In this document: positions 54,168-64,000 of the stretch, piece by piece
Layout: each line of letters starts with the position of its first letter
Position numbering within the stretch: the stretch's first letter is position 1
Source of the DNA: Balanoglossus misakiensis
Lineage: Eukaryota; Animalia; Hemichordata
Reading direction: 5' to 3'
NCBI GenBank assembly: GCA_040954595.2
Contig: CM082589.2
Span: 3,238,213-3,302,212, forward strand
Length of the DNA: 64,000 nt
The notes under the pieces: model-generated
What the model saw: the letters and a program-made list of their open reading frames with translations, nothing else
Database searches by the model: none
What the model was told of the DNA's origin: nothing
Made by a program: the position numbers and the translations under genes

Positions 54168-55552
54168 AAAATATGCCCTCACACACAACCCATTCCAGAA
54201 CCATGGCAGTTTTGTTTAGTTTTTGTCAGTTTCCTAAAGTATTCAGTTTGCATACACCATTTTGTTTTGTAGATATATTAAACACCTTAATTATTATTAC
54301 ATCATTTATCGTAATATGAGTGTTGAAGTTGCTGGGTGCATGATTCTGAATCAGCATGGCTGGATCATTGTGAAGAGCGTCCCCAAACATACGCATGAAA
54401 CATTTGATGCTGGTGGTCTGGAAACTAGTAATTCTCATGTACTGACATAGAGGGCAGTGTGAAGGGAGCGTTTCCCACGGATCTTATTCAATTAGCAAGA
54501 CAACACATTTTCACAGACCAAACGACCAATCGCCATGACAACTGTGAATCCAATCTTAAAATTTTCGATTTAATTACTCTCGCAGTGTAAACGTTGCTTT
54601 AAATGTCATCAAATTAGCCAACGAGAACAAGAAGAGCTGGAATTCGAAATTAACGCAAATATGCTGAAATTATAAAAGTCTACGCAGACAGGGTTGACTC
54701 CGCGTAAACAATGATTGCTTACTTTGAGGGGGCATTTTCTGCTTGCTTTGTCCCAAGACACGCTTCTACACCATAGGTAATTATTTACTTAGACACAAAG
54801 CGGCCATTTTGTCCGTTACTATCCTATCTAAAGACACCAGTAATTATTTGTCAATGACAATTATTTACTTACTACAGTCTCATTTTGTTTAATTTCGGCG
54901 TGTTATTTTTATCTCAATTTGCATGTCGTTCAGTGTAGTACATGATTCCACGCCCATGGTGATTGGGGAGTTTACGACGAGTGAATGCGTGAAACTTCGA
55001 TTCCCCAAAATTTCAAATCTGACTATACCAAGGTGTACATTCAACTGGTCGAAGAAAATTCTCAACGAGGTTATTAACTTATTGTAGGTTCTAAGATTTA
55101 ACTGCTTTCAAAAGTGTCTGCGATAGATTTCCATTGCATGTGGACAGTCGTGTAGGCCTATACGTGTGATAGATCTACCCTAATAGTCTGACGTCATCTT
55201 CTGTGCGATCAATGAATACAAATTTTATTGGCACAATTACAGGGGAGATTTCTCTCTTATTTCCCTGAAAACGTTTGGGTCTATAACTACCATTTTCGTT
55301 TTCCGGTTGGAGACATGTGAATACGTTTTAAAGTATGTGTGTTTTAGTAATGATGGCGAACGCCTTTTGTAAAAAAAATGCGGGACAGAATTGTCTGAGT
55401 ATGTCGCGTACAAACAAACCTAATGGGGGAAATATCGAAACGGGTGGCAAATAAAATTTCTTGTGTAAAATTCCCCTTCTATGAATTTACACAATCAATA
55501 TCTTTTAATTTCATTCCCAGCCGAGTTTGTTCCGGAAATCGATCAATGCCCG

Positions 55553-55566
55553 GTTGCTAGGGCAAC
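55553..55566. promoter_or_regulatory. RFX X-box upstream of the LRR gene
   Basis: GTTGCTAGGGCAAC closely resembles the X-box palindrome GTTGCCATGGCAAC. Confidence 0.6.
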
Positions 55567-56472
55567 GCCGCTTGCCATCACGAAGGTGCCGCCATTTTAC
55601 GTCCTATTTGTTCTTACGTGACATAATCGTACACGGCGCCGTAATAGCAAGCATACGCCCTGAGTCTATCAAACTATTATTCCTTCCCGCGCTGAAGGGG
55701 CTATTCAAACACAGGAATGAAGGCACTCAGGCTGAAGTAAAACACGGAAGATATTAATTTAACAACAGTACATGGTTTTCTCCTAAGGGTGACTTCTTCA
55801 AGAGTCGCGACTTACATCACGGGGAGGGTTTTCAGACCACAAGAGTCAACAGGCATCGGTGTTCGCCCACACAGAAAATTAAAGATAAATGTATATCCGA
55901 GTACTGGAACACACACCGTTTGTTTGGACTAATCCATTAGAAATTACGGGGAGGAGATAACCTGTATTTTATTGCGTCTTTTGCTCGTATAATCGATAGC
56001 AGGCACTCATCTACCACGCATATTAATTATACCGAAGACTCTCCCGGGCCGAAATCGATCGGTTTTTCCGAGATTCGACAGTCACCTAAATCAAACTGTG
56101 AGATACAGAGGCCGTTAAGAAAATATTGTTTTATTTTGAGAGAAACGACCGGTGTGTTAGCACACCGCGATTCTTTGGTGAACAGCGACAGCCTTGCCTA
56201 CCTGTTGCCCCTGCCGACGGTGTCATAGAAATGCAAATACGAGCTAGCTTGAACCCATTACCGTGTTTGACGCACGCAGTTGTAATCATAAAACCGCTCG
56301 CTGCCCGGACACCGTCGGTCACTCCTCACGCCTGACAGTATAGTACAACTCGCCTTATTAATTTAGCGTGTTTCGTTCACTTGAGCTGACAGTTTTCCCA
56401 ACCTCGCCGACAGCAAGCAAGAAATATTTAAAATCATCATCACACGCGCGCTCGCTCGCCCAGCCTAGCAAC

Positions 56473-57315
56473 ATGGCCAGCCGGCGGACGAAAATGAAGC
56501 TACGCGTGGAATACGACCAGCAGTACCGCGGCAAGAGATTGAAATTGCGCGGTAGGGAGTTGTCCGAGTTACCGATGGAGATTTTCAATATGGTGGAGCT
56601 GGAAATATTGGACTTGAGTCCCGAGCGACAGGCTTGTCTTGATTTCCGTCTCCTCGAAGTTCCTCGACAGATAAGCAGGCTGGTGAATCTACGGGTGCTT
56701 TGCCTGGATACCAACGAACTGACCGAGATAATCCCTGAAGTGTGTTCTCTGAGAAACTTGGAAAGACTGGCCATTAGCAACAATCTCCTGACGGCCCTCC
56801 CTTCAGAATTCACCCAGCTGCAGAGACTCCGAAGCTTGCACATGGCAAACAACTATTTCGATACACTGCCCCTCGAGGTGTGTAACTTGGAAAATTTAGA
56901 ATTTCTGGACGTCAGCGACAACAAGATCGCCTCAGTCCCCGAGGAGATCGGATTCTTGACGCAGCTGATTTCGTTGAATTTGCTCTACAACAGTCTGGAG
57001 AGGCTCCCGGACGGCATCTGCAAGTGCAGTCGGCTAAGGAGCATCTGGCTCGGCAAGAACAAACTGCGAAGCCTGCCGAGGGACTTCGGGCGGCTGGCTC
57101 AGTTGGACTGGGGAGAGTACTCGCACTCGTCGAATCTCGAGGGAAACCCGCTGGTGCGACCTCCCATCGAGATAGCCCGAAGGGGACCCGAGTTTATCGC
57201 GAATTATTTCCAGGTGAACGATGAAATGGACTCTTCGCAAGACGAAGAAGATGAAGAAGATGTTGACGATAATGAATTGGCCGAGTCAATATCTCTGACC
57301 AACGGAACATTCTAA
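56473..57315 (+). CDS. Intracellular leucine-rich-repeat protein (280 aa, ~8 LRRs, C-cap, acidic tail)
   Basis: ATG in AACATGG context; repeats of type LxxLxLxxNxLxxLPxxI; cap GNPLVRPPIEIARRGPEFIANYF; no signal peptide; intronless CDS; possible UTR acceptor at 56412-56413. Confidence 0.92.
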   Translation: MASRRTKMKLRVEYDQQYRGKRLKLRGRELSELPMEIFNMVELEILDLSPERQACLDFRLLEVPRQISRLVNLRVLCLDTNELTEIIPEVCSLRNLERLAISNNLLTALPSEFTQLQRLRSLHMANNYFDTLPLEVCNLENLEFLDVSDNKIASVPEEIGFLTQLISLNLLYNSLERLPDGICKCSRLRSIWLGKNKLRSLPRDFGRLAQLDWGEYSHSSNLEGNPLVRPPIEIARRGPEFIANYFQVNDEMDSSQDEEDEEDVDDNELAESISLTNGTF

Positions 57316-60300
57316 TCTCGTTCAAGTGACCGACCATAAGTACACTCTAACAGGTATGGGACTACTATATCACCGATAGGTCATTTTCTTCAATAATTAC
57401 GTGTTTACGTTGCTATATTTTCTTTGTGTTGACATTGTGAGGATACGGTCGTTCATTTTTACGACTGGCGATATTCAGTTTGATTGTTCAATAATGTTTG
57501 GTCATTCCAATCGCGTTAGGGAAACACGTCAGTCTCTCTCTCAAAATATGCTCATGATCGGTTGTAAGAATTTAACTCACACTGTATTTTAACGGTAAAA
57601 CATGTACAGCACTACCCGCTATTTTTGTATATGGGAGGCTAGGTCCTTCAGCCTCGATGGTCGTGTAAACATCACAACGCGTTATTGTTTGGTTACCTAG
57701 CCGCGGATATATTAACGGGTACGCACACACATAGCTGACCATGTCATCGTCCGTGACTCGGAAGGATGATGGGAACCAGCAACGGCCAATACGGGGTCAC
57801 CGTACCGTGATTGATCGCGAACTCAAACTATTGTGTTAGGCCTATAACCTGAAGTGAAGCAGTCAAACAAGTTGGCCGAACGGTCTCCTTAGCAACGCAC
57901 TTCTGATCACTGTGGAATTCCTACCAGCTCGAATAGGGCACACAAAAAGGAACTGGTCGCCGAGTTACAGATTTTCAAATAATGATATTATCACAAAAGA
58001 CGCGAGCAATTAAAGTTTTGGAAGAATGGGCATTTGTTATCTGCCTGCGCGTGTTTGCGTCTATTGTCGCGGCGGTTGTTGGTTTGAATCACGGACATTT
58101 GATTGTGTTCTGACAATAAATTGCGAGTGGACAACGGTACACAGTTCTGTTGGTTCCGTTTAATTGAAATACAGATAAACCGATTTGCAGAGCCTGGTGA
58201 CGACGGAAAGCTGGACTGTTTGATATTCGTCTGCACTCTGAAGCAATTTTTCCCAGTTGATTGGAATTCATATTACATTATCCACGGTGACGGAGAGACA
58301 ACGCAATTATCGTCTGTCTCGAAGCCCGGTCACCATTACACAGTGACACGTCCTGACGAACATGCTACTGAAGTAATTCCTATGGTCAACACAATTTCAT
58401 CGCGCATCGCTATTTTTCCCTCCAGAATACCACATGTTTCTCTGCTATGCTTAAACCAGACATGACTGCAAAGATATTATGGCATTTGATAAAAGCTCTT
58501 AATCGTCACGAGATAATCGCTACTCCCTCCTGACATTCGAGAAAGAATTACCTGAGACACTAAAAAGCGTCTCTTTGTTCAGTAGGTCACCGATTTGTGA
58601 CCTCTGCAGACAGAGTGCCATTGTCAGGCTCCTCTTCGTCAAACAATCTCATTGTTTTCGGGAATAAAACTGTTGCTATTTATGTCACGCACAGACCTGT
58701 CCGGCACGAGGTAACCATCAAAGATGGTTGCCTTATTTTACGACCATAGTATGTCGCTGTTAAAGCCACAAAACACTTGGTACCAAAAGTCATCACGGTA
58801 CCCCATGTGTTGAGGTATTGCACATAGATCCACTACACTGAGATGGGAATCCGATCACCATGTCACGATTAACCCAATATCAGCTATCGAATTATTATCG
58901 TCTATTAATATCACAGAACACTCCAGGCGCTCAGAAACTGTTTCACTCTCTTTGAAACCCGAGATCAAACACTTTTGCCGATATTGAAATATACCAAGGC
59001 AATGCGGGGATCACAATCGTCCAAGATCAGTAAAGTGAGAAATGCCCAGGGTGACATCGACAGGAAAAAAAAGGATGAAAAAATTCTTTCTGTAGATATT
59101 CATGTCACATATAATATTCAAAACCAGTAACCAAAACTAGTAAATTTTGCTGGGGAAAGTAACTCACTTGTTGCTTTGATATTCGTTTTCTTGACAAGAA
59201 ATAAAACAAAATAACAATTTAAATAAAAACTAAAATAAACCGATTTATATATCGAAACACGCAAAAATGCATCACTGTCACAGTGTTTGTCCTGGCGTAG
59301 ATAGGCCTACCCGAGAAAAAAATGGCCAAATGTACTGTCTCGACGCAATTATTCAGTATCCATGACGACGTGGACGGTCCATCATCATGTAATTACACGA
59401 AATAGCAGTAATTTGGATGTGAGATGCACCGTAACCGTCAATGGGGACTGGCAACCTGGTCATACCGACACCGATTTCAAAACAGTTGAAATTAACGAAT
59501 TTCATCATTATGTTCAATTAGATTGTCGTTTTGTCTGCGTGACTGAAATAAACGACGTCGACATTATATAAAAAGAACCGACAACCAAAATTATATGACG
59601 GTCCTTTGGGAAATTTAATTGAGTGTAAATTGTAATAGATTAAAAACAGACATGTCGTTAATATGAAAGACTTTAATTTCCTGGCGTATGAACGTCAAGA
59701 AAAACTAATTCATAAATGATTGTTATTTACATGAATGTCTATGGCGCAATTTATACGTTCCAGCGAAATTGTGGTCTTATAAACCTTGCATGGCTAACAT
59801 GTTTGCCAATCGCCCACCCTTTCTGTTGAAATAAATGACCGGAATTTCAAAATTCCATTTGTAGAAACGGTCTTTAGCCTGTCACCAGACGAGTAAACTT
59901 TCTCAGCAGATCCCGACAATGGTTATAGTCTTGTTATTCAGTGTCCGAAGCGCTTGGCTTTGTTCACGCTACATACAATAGTCAATACACATTCGTGATC
60001 CTAAACAGTCGACAGCTATACCAAGACACAATACCAGTGTTTTCGAACAAACTAACGGCCTTTGTGCTTGTGTGTGCATTTGTTGAGCCGTGGCCAACAA
60101 TAGATTGTCCTCATTATGCCAGAAGGTTGTTTTTGCGACTTGAAGACTAACAGGCGAAAGTCTTAGGAACTCGACTCAAAAGCGGAGGCAGCGGCGTTGC
60201 TGGCACTAGCCCCCGGGCCATTACACATTCTGAACACCGGTGACTGAACTACTCTGTCCGTAACCTGTGTGATCTGAAAAGATCAAGACAAGACTCGAAA

Positions 60301-60434
60301 CAAACCGAGAACAATTATCAAGAAAGAGTTCACATAGAAGACTGCACTGGCACGGAAAAGCCAATTAATTTTCAACTTTTCAGATTATCAGATCTCCTGA
60401 GTGTACGAGCATTTTAATTAAATAATCTCATTGT

Positions 60435-60461
60435 GTTTTGTTTTGTTTTGTTTTGTTTTGT
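60435..60461. repeat. (GTTTT)n short tandem repeat
   Basis: Read directly from the sequence. Confidence 0.9.
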
Positions 60462-61288
60462 CTTCAGCCATGACAGCCTATGCAGTACAGGTAATTGATG
60501 TTAACCGAAGTGGCTGTACCGAGGCACCTATGCGACTCTCGATTTTAGTGGAGAAATGTGCCGACAAACACGTACAGCAGCTTGGGCTGATCTGAAGAGC
60601 CAGTACTAGACCTAGTTGTGAACGATGACGGAACCACGGGTCTAACGTCACCATGGGGACATGATCTGAAAGTCCGTCAACGGCAACTTCAGTCGGACAA
60701 ACGTGTCGGTGACACTCGAATCGAAGGGGGAGGGGGGACACTTATTAACTATGCAAATTTTGATGTAAGAATTTGATGTTGTAGCCAAATGGTTTATTTT
60801 TGTACATCATTTATTTATATTTGTTCGCACTGAAAATCGGACGTTGATATCACGATGAAGAGATGAGACACAATCTATGATGACGCAACCTTTTCATTTT
60901 TTTTCCTCAAAAGACAATCACAGTTCATATATCTGATCAAGTTCTGATCTTTTGGCTCACACAATAATTTGATTTATATTGTATTTACAAGATGTAGGCC
61001 TAGTACTATGTATTCGACAGAAATATTTATGAAATAAATTCTTTTGTGAATTATTTAATATGTAGTGTGTGCGTGCGTGAGTGACTGATTCTTTAAACCA
61101 GACCTTTCTCATTTTTTCTTGTCCGATCACAATATTACCACTGTCATGAATAAGACAAGATGTAACCTGACTAAACAGTACACTTTAAACCAAACTGCAA
61201 CCATTCTCACTACACAATAAATCAAGCCATGATGGCTAGGTACATAGCTGTTGCCGTTAAAAGTCTATTAATTTACAACTATGGGAAG

Positions 61289-61420
61289 TTAGGGACCGTT
61301 CAGTTTTTACGGCCGGGAGGTCGGCAAAATCCAGGGGGGGTCACTTAAATTTTGAAGTCCAAAAGGGGGGGGGGTCATCTGGGTTTTTTTAAACGTTTAG
61401 AGGGGGGGGTCACATACTTT
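61289..61420. mobile_element. Terminal fragment of a MITE-like element
   Basis: TTA|GGGACCGTTCAGTTTTTAC terminus (TTA/TAA flank, PIF/Harbinger-like) followed by three spaced G6-10TCA sub-repeats; matching right TIR not found. Confidence 0.45.
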
Positions 61421-63801
61421 TGCCACCGAACTTTTGCTTTTGAGTCCACACAATTGCAGTTTCGCGCCCTTAATTTTACAAAATTTTCTAATGTGGGAGG
61501 GATGGATTTCTCTGATAAAAAAACAGCCATTAAAGCACAATGTCTCTAGCTCTATAAGTACCGATCGATTGCGAGAAAGTTGTTAGGAAAATTCATGACT
61601 TACCCTGCATTTTCTGTCCGCTCTTGCAGTCTTGTGGTGCATTACTGTTACGTAAATGTATATTCCTCATACGAATGGAAATGAGCCTCCTATGTAGACG
61701 TGTACGGATATGAACTCACAACTGTAAAAATGTCCTGTAGCATAAAGTACATATACCTCCAGAGACTTGTAACCACGGAAACAGTCTTTATCGCAAGTCT
61801 GCAGTCCATATTCGGCACAAATGTACAAGAAAACGTTTGCCAAACTTGTACAGCAGTCAGTGACAACTCGTGGTCTGCCATTTTGATAACCAGGACTGAA
61901 CGTAACCCCATGCATGATTTCAGAAGCTATGCATCCTGGGACAACCGGAAATAAGGGACACACCTGTTGCTTCATCTGCATAATCTGCATGGCATCCGCC
62001 AGGTGCACGAACAGATGGGATTGGTCAGCAAGTAATTTGTCTGTACCAAACGTGGATCGTTCATAAAGACAGATAATTTCACCAGCAGCCAAAGGTACGT
62101 TTGTCATGTTACATATTTATTTGAACAATCACAAGTACTGTTGCAACCCAGATATATTTTTACCAAAGCATGGTATATGTAAAATAACACCACTTTAAAA
62201 CGAAAAAAACAATTAATTCTTCTCCATATCAATGTTGCATCTCGAAAGTGGTAATCGCTAATTGCTGTCCCTTTTGTTCCTTACATTATAGGTTTAGTCC
62301 TGGCAACTTTCATGTGATAATTGAAGACAATTCGATTTGCTGTAGATGTGGTTCTTCATCATCACTTGCGAAGAACAATAAGTACTTATGATGGCGACTG
62401 ACAACGTACTGTTTAGTTGAACTGTCAGCGGAGTGTTGGGGTCTCAACATATAGTCACCTTTATCTGGACATACAAGCTTCAAGTACTATTACGTCCACC
62501 AATGCCTCTTATATGTTTACATTCATTGTAACATTTTTGTCACTTGACCATTCAGCATCCTATTTACCTAGTATATAAGTCATTCTACATGTATTTCTCA
62601 AACTTTTACGGATGTCTTGAATAAGTTTTGATAAAGTCCTCTGAATATAAACCACAATTCTACAAGTTTTGACACAAAATTTATCATTTATTATTAACAG
62701 AAAAAACATGATAAATTTACATTTAATGTACAACCACCATAGTTACACAAGCGAATAAGCAGTGCCATAAGAAAAGATATCTGTTCTGACTACAATCTGC
62801 TCAAGATGTATATTTACATAATATTTACATGAAAAAATAGAGTAAAAATGCAAAATCTGACAATACAGTAAATTCTGTTGAAATAGTGAAATATCAAGTC
62901 TAGCCATGGTCAAATCAAAGTGAATGCTATGTGAAAAACTCTGCACTTGCAGCATTCTACAGAAGTTATAGTGTGAGCTATAGAGGGCGCCCGTCAGCCA
63001 TCAAAATATTTGAAGTGTTGCCACTTTTCTGTATACTGCACACAATTCTCCGTACAATTTTCAATTTAACTTTCAACATAAGATTATTGCAACATTATCA
63101 TACTTCTTGCCAGATGAACTGGTTTCCCCCTATCCAACTGGATCTGTCCACAATATATGGCCACTGTATTTCTTCCCTCTGTTACACGTCACCTGTAAGA
63201 GTTTTAACAAGTTTTCTACTTGAGGGTATTCATGGATGACGAACACACTCACTGCATGCAAACTCAAAATAAACACACTCACATGCCGACTGGGGCCAGG
63301 ACAGGGAGGGATGGCGTTCTCTCTGAAAACCAGCATGCACACCAATGAAGAATCTTACCACCCTCTGATTATAATAAATTCCACTGTTTTCAATGGTTGG
63401 AAGAGTCAAACAGAAACTAAGACAGTCAAACATGCAATCAAACATGCTCGGGAAAATGGTTCTTCGTATCTGGCTGTTTATAAGCCGCCACTGCATTGAA
63501 TAACACCACCACCCCTGCCCCACAAATCCAAGCAAAACCAGAGCAACACATTCCAATTGTTTAGGTGGACCATACCACTGGGTAGAAGGGATGAGCAGGA
63601 TAAGTATGACTTCAGACAGCATGTTGGTCAGTGATGAGGTAGGTCAAAGGTCACCCAAGGAAATGTAAGTGTCATCATGGCTAGAGATACCATGAGAAGT
63701 TGAGAACAAGTCAGAAGACAGCAACCACGCTTCACAAGACAGGACACGAGATATAGCAGTCATAGTGTCAAGTAGCAGAGAGTTCATTGTGCATCGTTGC
63801 G

Positions 63802-64000
63802 TTAGGATTTAGGCGTCTTTCCTCGTTGCGATGATTTGGACTGTGCCCTGGACTTACTTCCCGGCTGTTCCGCTTTCTTGCCACTGCCAGCGCTCTGCTG
63901 ACTCTTGGCTGAGCTCTTTGGAGGCGACTTGATCCTGGTTGGGGGTCCCAGAGTGGCCGGTCTCGGCAGCGCTGTTTTCTCAAACAGGAAGTCCAATGTG
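63802..64000 (-). CDS. Probable terminal coding exon of an unidentified gene entering from the right
   Basis: Open frame from the window edge: TLDFLFEKTALPRPATLGPPTRIKSPPKSSAKSQQ...GKTPKS*; GC-rich relative to flanks; followed by an AT-rich, CpG-poor UTR-like stretch with minus-strand ATTAAA (~62722) and AATAAA (62687-62692). Confidence 0.55.
   Translation of the reverse strand, partial: TLDFLFEKTALPRPATLGPPTRIKSPPKSSAKSQQSAGSGKKAEQPGSKSRAQSKSSQRGKTPKS

Noticed and set aside
56368-56472. 35-aa extension of the LRR ORF from a GTG start
   Set aside because: Eukaryotic locus; ATG 56473 has good context and the extension overlaps a likely intron end.

Overview
Eukaryotic (animal) genomic DNA, roughly 40% GC by eye, with GT-AG introns. 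Gene content and style suggest an invertebrate deuterostome, plausibly a hemichordate (inference only). Left to right: (1) the 5' part of microcephalin/MCPH1 on the minus strand, with 9 coding exons reconstructed and the gene running off the left edge; (2) a ~36-kb protein-coding desert holding one tRNA-Glu(CTC), microsatellites, a nested-palindrome element and many TF-motif clusters; (3) a two-exon SoxF (Sox7/17/18) gene on the minus strand, 568 aa; (4) MRPL13, 7 exons, plus strand; (5) an intronless 280-aa LRR gene with an upstream RFX X-box; (6) the probable last exon of an unidentified minus-strand gene at the right edge. The most interesting signals are regulatory and evolutionary: three perfect AGGTCA-N5-AGGTCA (DR5/RARE-type) elements plus other nuclear-receptor repeats around SoxF, an HMG-octamer composite in the SoxF intron, MCPH1-SoxF-MRPL13 linkage that mirrors human chromosome 8, and candidate degron/SUMO motifs. 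No CRISPR array, rRNA or autonomous transposon ORF was seen. Homolog comparisons are from memory, not database searches.
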